From the NCBI RefSeq assembly GCF_006345805.1, contig NC_042999.1, forward strand, positions 163,432,001-163,496,000: 64,000 bases of DNA, in the 5' to 3' direction. The position numbers were made by a program, and so were the translations under genes. The notes beneath the pieces were generated by a model that worked only from the letters and a program-made list of their open reading frames with translations, was not told the origin of the DNA and did not search any database. Shown here in pieces: positions 60,656-64,000 of this stretch (position 1 is the stretch's first letter; each line of letters starts with the position of its first letter). Source of the DNA: Octopus sinensis (lineage: Eukaryota).

Positions 60656-60862
60656 TTGAGAACATCTACAGAGGCTTCGTGGGTCAAGATAGGAGAAGAT
60701 GAAGAGACTAAGGACACGAGGTAAAACACGAGTAAAGTCCTCTTGACAAACAGGTAGATGTTCATCAATACACTGTTTAACAAACTGAAGTTGCTTGGGG
60801 CTGCATCCTTTCACCATTGATAAAAGCATAAGAGATCGTTGCTCGTCTGACCATTTTTCAAA
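60656..60862 (-). CDS. FBXO16: FBXO16-like exon (F-box N-terminal half): FEKWSDEQR...DFTRVLPRVLSLFIFSYLDPRSLCRCSQ
   Basis: ttctag acceptor, GTAAGA donor, 207 nt, phase 0-0; LPRVLSL-x-IFS-x-LDPRSLCRC is the FBXO16 F-box as recalled (ECT2L is the nearest alternative). Confidence 0.9.
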
Positions 60863-61169
60863 CTAGAATAAAAAGTTAGAAATTTAAATTCAGAGATGAT
60901 TACTTAAGAAATTGTCAAATAAATTTATATGATGTATATGATTTATCAAAGCCAATAGATAGATAGATCATTAGGGTACCAGCTGATTAGTTAGAGAGTT
61001 GTAAATAGATTGTATACCATTAGCAGTATCTCTGGCAAAGACATTTAAATCTAATGTATTCAGTTTCTGACTCTTGATGAACATTGCCAACATACTAAGA
61101 TTCACTTTTGTGCTAAAACTATACACACAACATACATATAAAATATAATAACAAAAGCATAAAAAGTAC

Positions 61170-61586
61170 TTATCACTTACTCTCTCTTTATTCTTTTACT
61201 TGTTTCAGTCATTTGACTGTGGCCATGCTGGAGAACCTCCTTTAATCGAGCAACTCGACCCCGGGACTTATTCTTTGTAAGCCTAGTACTTATTCTATCG
61301 GTCTCTTTTTACCGAACCGCTAAGTGACGGGGACATAAACACATCAGCATCGGTTGTCAAGCAATGCTAGGGGGACAAACACAGACACACAAACATACAC
61401 ACACACATATATATATATATATACATATATCCAACAGGCTTCTTTCAGTTTCCGTCTACCAAATCCACTCACAAGGCATCGGTCGGCCTGAGGCTATAGC
61501 AGAAGACACTTGCCCAAGATGCCACGCAGTGGGACTGAACCCGGAACCATGTGGTTGGTAAGCAAGCTACTTACCACACAGCCACT
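61170..61586 (-). mobile_element. SINE family B
   Basis: Matches the other copies. Confidence 0.9.
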
Positions 61587-61970
61587 TCATAATTTTTTCT
61601 TCTATCTGACAAACTACTTCTCTTATAAAACAATCACATTACCACTAGTGGAATATATAAACACTATCTAGTCATCTAACACTATAATATATATGCTACA
61701 ATCTGAACAGTACAGTGAATTGCTGGCAGCACACAAAGAAAAACAAGTGCTTCTAAAGAAACAATTAATACACAATACAAACCAGCATTTCAAGTTAATT
61801 CAATAACGAAGCATCTGAGTTAAGTGAAGGGAACTTATATATCAAACCAATAAGAGGGCTTCTATACTGAATGAAAGAAGAGATCTTCTGAAGTAAACCA
61901 ACAAAAGAACCTCTACTAGATGTGGGAGTTTCCATGTAGTTATTTTGCCCAATTGATATAGTAATCAATA

Positions 61971-62388
61971 GGCGGAGGAGTGGCTGTGTGGTAAGTAGCT
62001 TGCTTACCAACCACAAGGTTCCGGGTTCAGTCCCACTGCGTGGCACCTTGGGCTAGTGTCTTCTACTATAGCCCCGGGCCAACCAAAGCCTTGTGAGTGA
62101 ATTTGGTAGATGGAAACTGAAAGAAGCCCGTCGTATATATGTATATATATATGTATGTGCGTGTGTGTTTGTGTGTCTGTGTTTGTCCCCTTAGCATTGC
62201 TTGACAACCGATGCTGGTGTGTTTATGTCCCCATCAATTAGCGGTTCGGCAAAAGAGACCAATAGAATAAGTACTGGGCTTACAAAGAATAAGTCCCGGG
62301 GTCGAGTTGCTCGATTAAAGGCGGTGCTCCAGCATGGCCGCAGTCAAAATGACTGAAATAAGTAAAAAAAAAAAAAAAAAAAAAAAAC
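61971..62388 (+). mobile_element. SINE family B ending in poly(A)
   Basis: Full head and body, long A tail. Confidence 0.9.
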
Positions 62389-62844
62389 TCTTAAAGGAAC
62401 TACATATGTTAAGTTTGAAGACAAAAGCTACCATTCACCACAATAAAATATGGTTGTTCATGGTTCTAAAAGCTAATCAAATGCTTGCTTCCTTTGATAA
62501 GCTTTCTCCTTTGGTTTTCTCTAAGTGTTGAACAGAGTGCTGCAATAACAACTATATTCTCACATGACAAGCAATTATTCAACAATCCAGCTAATGAGCC
62601 AAAGATGATATGTGTGCTAAAAATAGCACCAAAATTATACTCTAGCCCTAGGTGCATTATATTTCAGTGGAAGGTGGGATGATCACTTGGAATACATGTA
62701 ATTCAGCTCAATAAGGCTGGCTTGGGGATAAACAACAATCATACCATGCATCCCCAGGCATCATCATCACCATTTTTACATAGTTTTATATGTTGGCATG
62801 GGTTTGATGCGTTTACAAGTATTGAGCCAGTATATATATATATG

Positions 62845-62990
62845 TATCATCATCATCATCATCGTTTGACGTCCGCTTTCCATGCTAGCATGGGTTGGAC
62901 GGTTCGACTGGGGTCTGGAAAGCCAGGAGGCTGCACCAGGCTCCAGTCTGATCTGGCAGTGTTTCTACAGCTGGATGCCCTTCCTAACGC
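62845..62990 (-). mobile_element. RTE 3'-terminal stub followed by a long (TA)n/(TG) tract to about 63208
   Basis: Matches 21940-22080. Confidence 0.85.
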
Positions 62991-63053
62991 TAGTATATAT
63001 GTATATATGTATATATATATATACACACATGTATATATATATATATGTATATA

Positions 63054-63096
<43 letters not shown>

Positions 63097-63140
63097 GTAT
63101 ATATATATATATATATATATACACATGTATATAATATATA

Positions 63141-63187
<47 letters not shown>

Positions 63188-64000
63188 ATATATACACATG
63201 TATATAATATATTTTTTCTCTCTAGCTTTATCTCAGAGTTGCGGTCATGCTGATGCACCGCCGTTTTGTGCTACACTGTTATTGCGAAATAAAAAGCTGT
63301 GGGCCCTTGAAACCCAGGCTGTTGCAGAAGCTGGTCCTGAAGCTTGATGGCATTGCTGGGATCTTTGGCACTATGCAGTGTTGTTGCTCTCCAGAAAGGG
63401 TTATAGTCATGGCTCACTTATACATTCCATTTTTGGCACATTTTCTATTGCCAACCCATTTACAGAGTGTACTGGTAGTATTTATTCTGGAATTCACACC
63501 AAGAGATTGTTATATCCTTAGCAAGAAAGAACAGTTTTCAACATTTTACAGAATATACTGGGTGCATTTTATTGTGATAAATACCAGCTTTAGAGAAATT
63601 ATCTTGGCCTCAGCAACACCGAAGTCGCATTTGTTTGTTAACTAGCACCATAGAGTTATCTTATCACCGAGAGGCAGAAGATAGAGTAATGAAAGAAGGC
63701 CAGAGTGAGAGGGTGAGTGAAGGGCGAGTAATGAAAGAGAACTATAAGATAGGAGAGAAAGAGTAAGAATAAAAGAAAGAAAGAGAAAGCTTAATAAGCA
63801 GTTACATAATGATCAGATTAAAAGTTAGTAAGGAGATTCAAGTAAGGAGATAGCATAGTTGATATGATAGAAAAGAGAAAGAAAAGGGAAAGAGGATAAT
63901 AGAAAAGTAATAGAAAAGTGAAAGAGTGGTGATGGGAGAGTGCTGAGGAAGAGTGTGAAGGAAGATAGTTAGGTAGAGTGACAGATAACAATGATGATGG

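Noticed and set aside
60863-64000. Upstream FBXO16 exons (WTPL and FEER...KW motifs)
   Set aside because: Not found by eye on the minus strand; probably beyond the window or too short to spot.
63690-64000. Purine-rich tracts (also 21540-21880 and 32870-33110)
   Set aside because: Low-complexity GA-rich sequence without periodic or coding structure.

Overview
AT-rich, repeat-dense animal genomic DNA; the SINE families, RTE LINEs with (GAT)n tails and (TA)n density suggest an octopus/cephalopod (inference, no database check). One host gene is recognisable: an FBXO16-like F-box gene on the minus strand, with two confident exons (60862-60656, 52821-52657) and two tentative downstream exons (25850-25661, 13242-13178). 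If those are real, most of the window is intronic. The rest is a transposon archive: two related minus-strand Ty3/Gypsy elements with tRNA-Trp-type primer sites and 4-bp TSDs (an old nested one at 2108-10998, a young one at 13533-18579), RTE LINEs (one family has a PHD finger inside its reverse transcriptase), CR1-group, Tx1/L1 and R4/Dong-like LINEs, Penelope GIY-YIG fragments, Helitron pieces (OTU plus helicase, CTAG ends), two Tc1 elements, a piggyBac-type MITE and two tRNA-derived SINE families. The most interesting signals are four minimal type I hammerhead ribozyme motifs in two AT-rich non-coding repeat families (two of them in a near-perfect 480-bp inverted repeat), a SINE whose 3' tail matches the Tx1 LINE tail in the same window, the RT-embedded PHD finger, and a conserved -1 frameshift signal in both Gypsy elements. 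No prokaryotic features, CRISPR arrays, rRNA or true tRNA genes were found.
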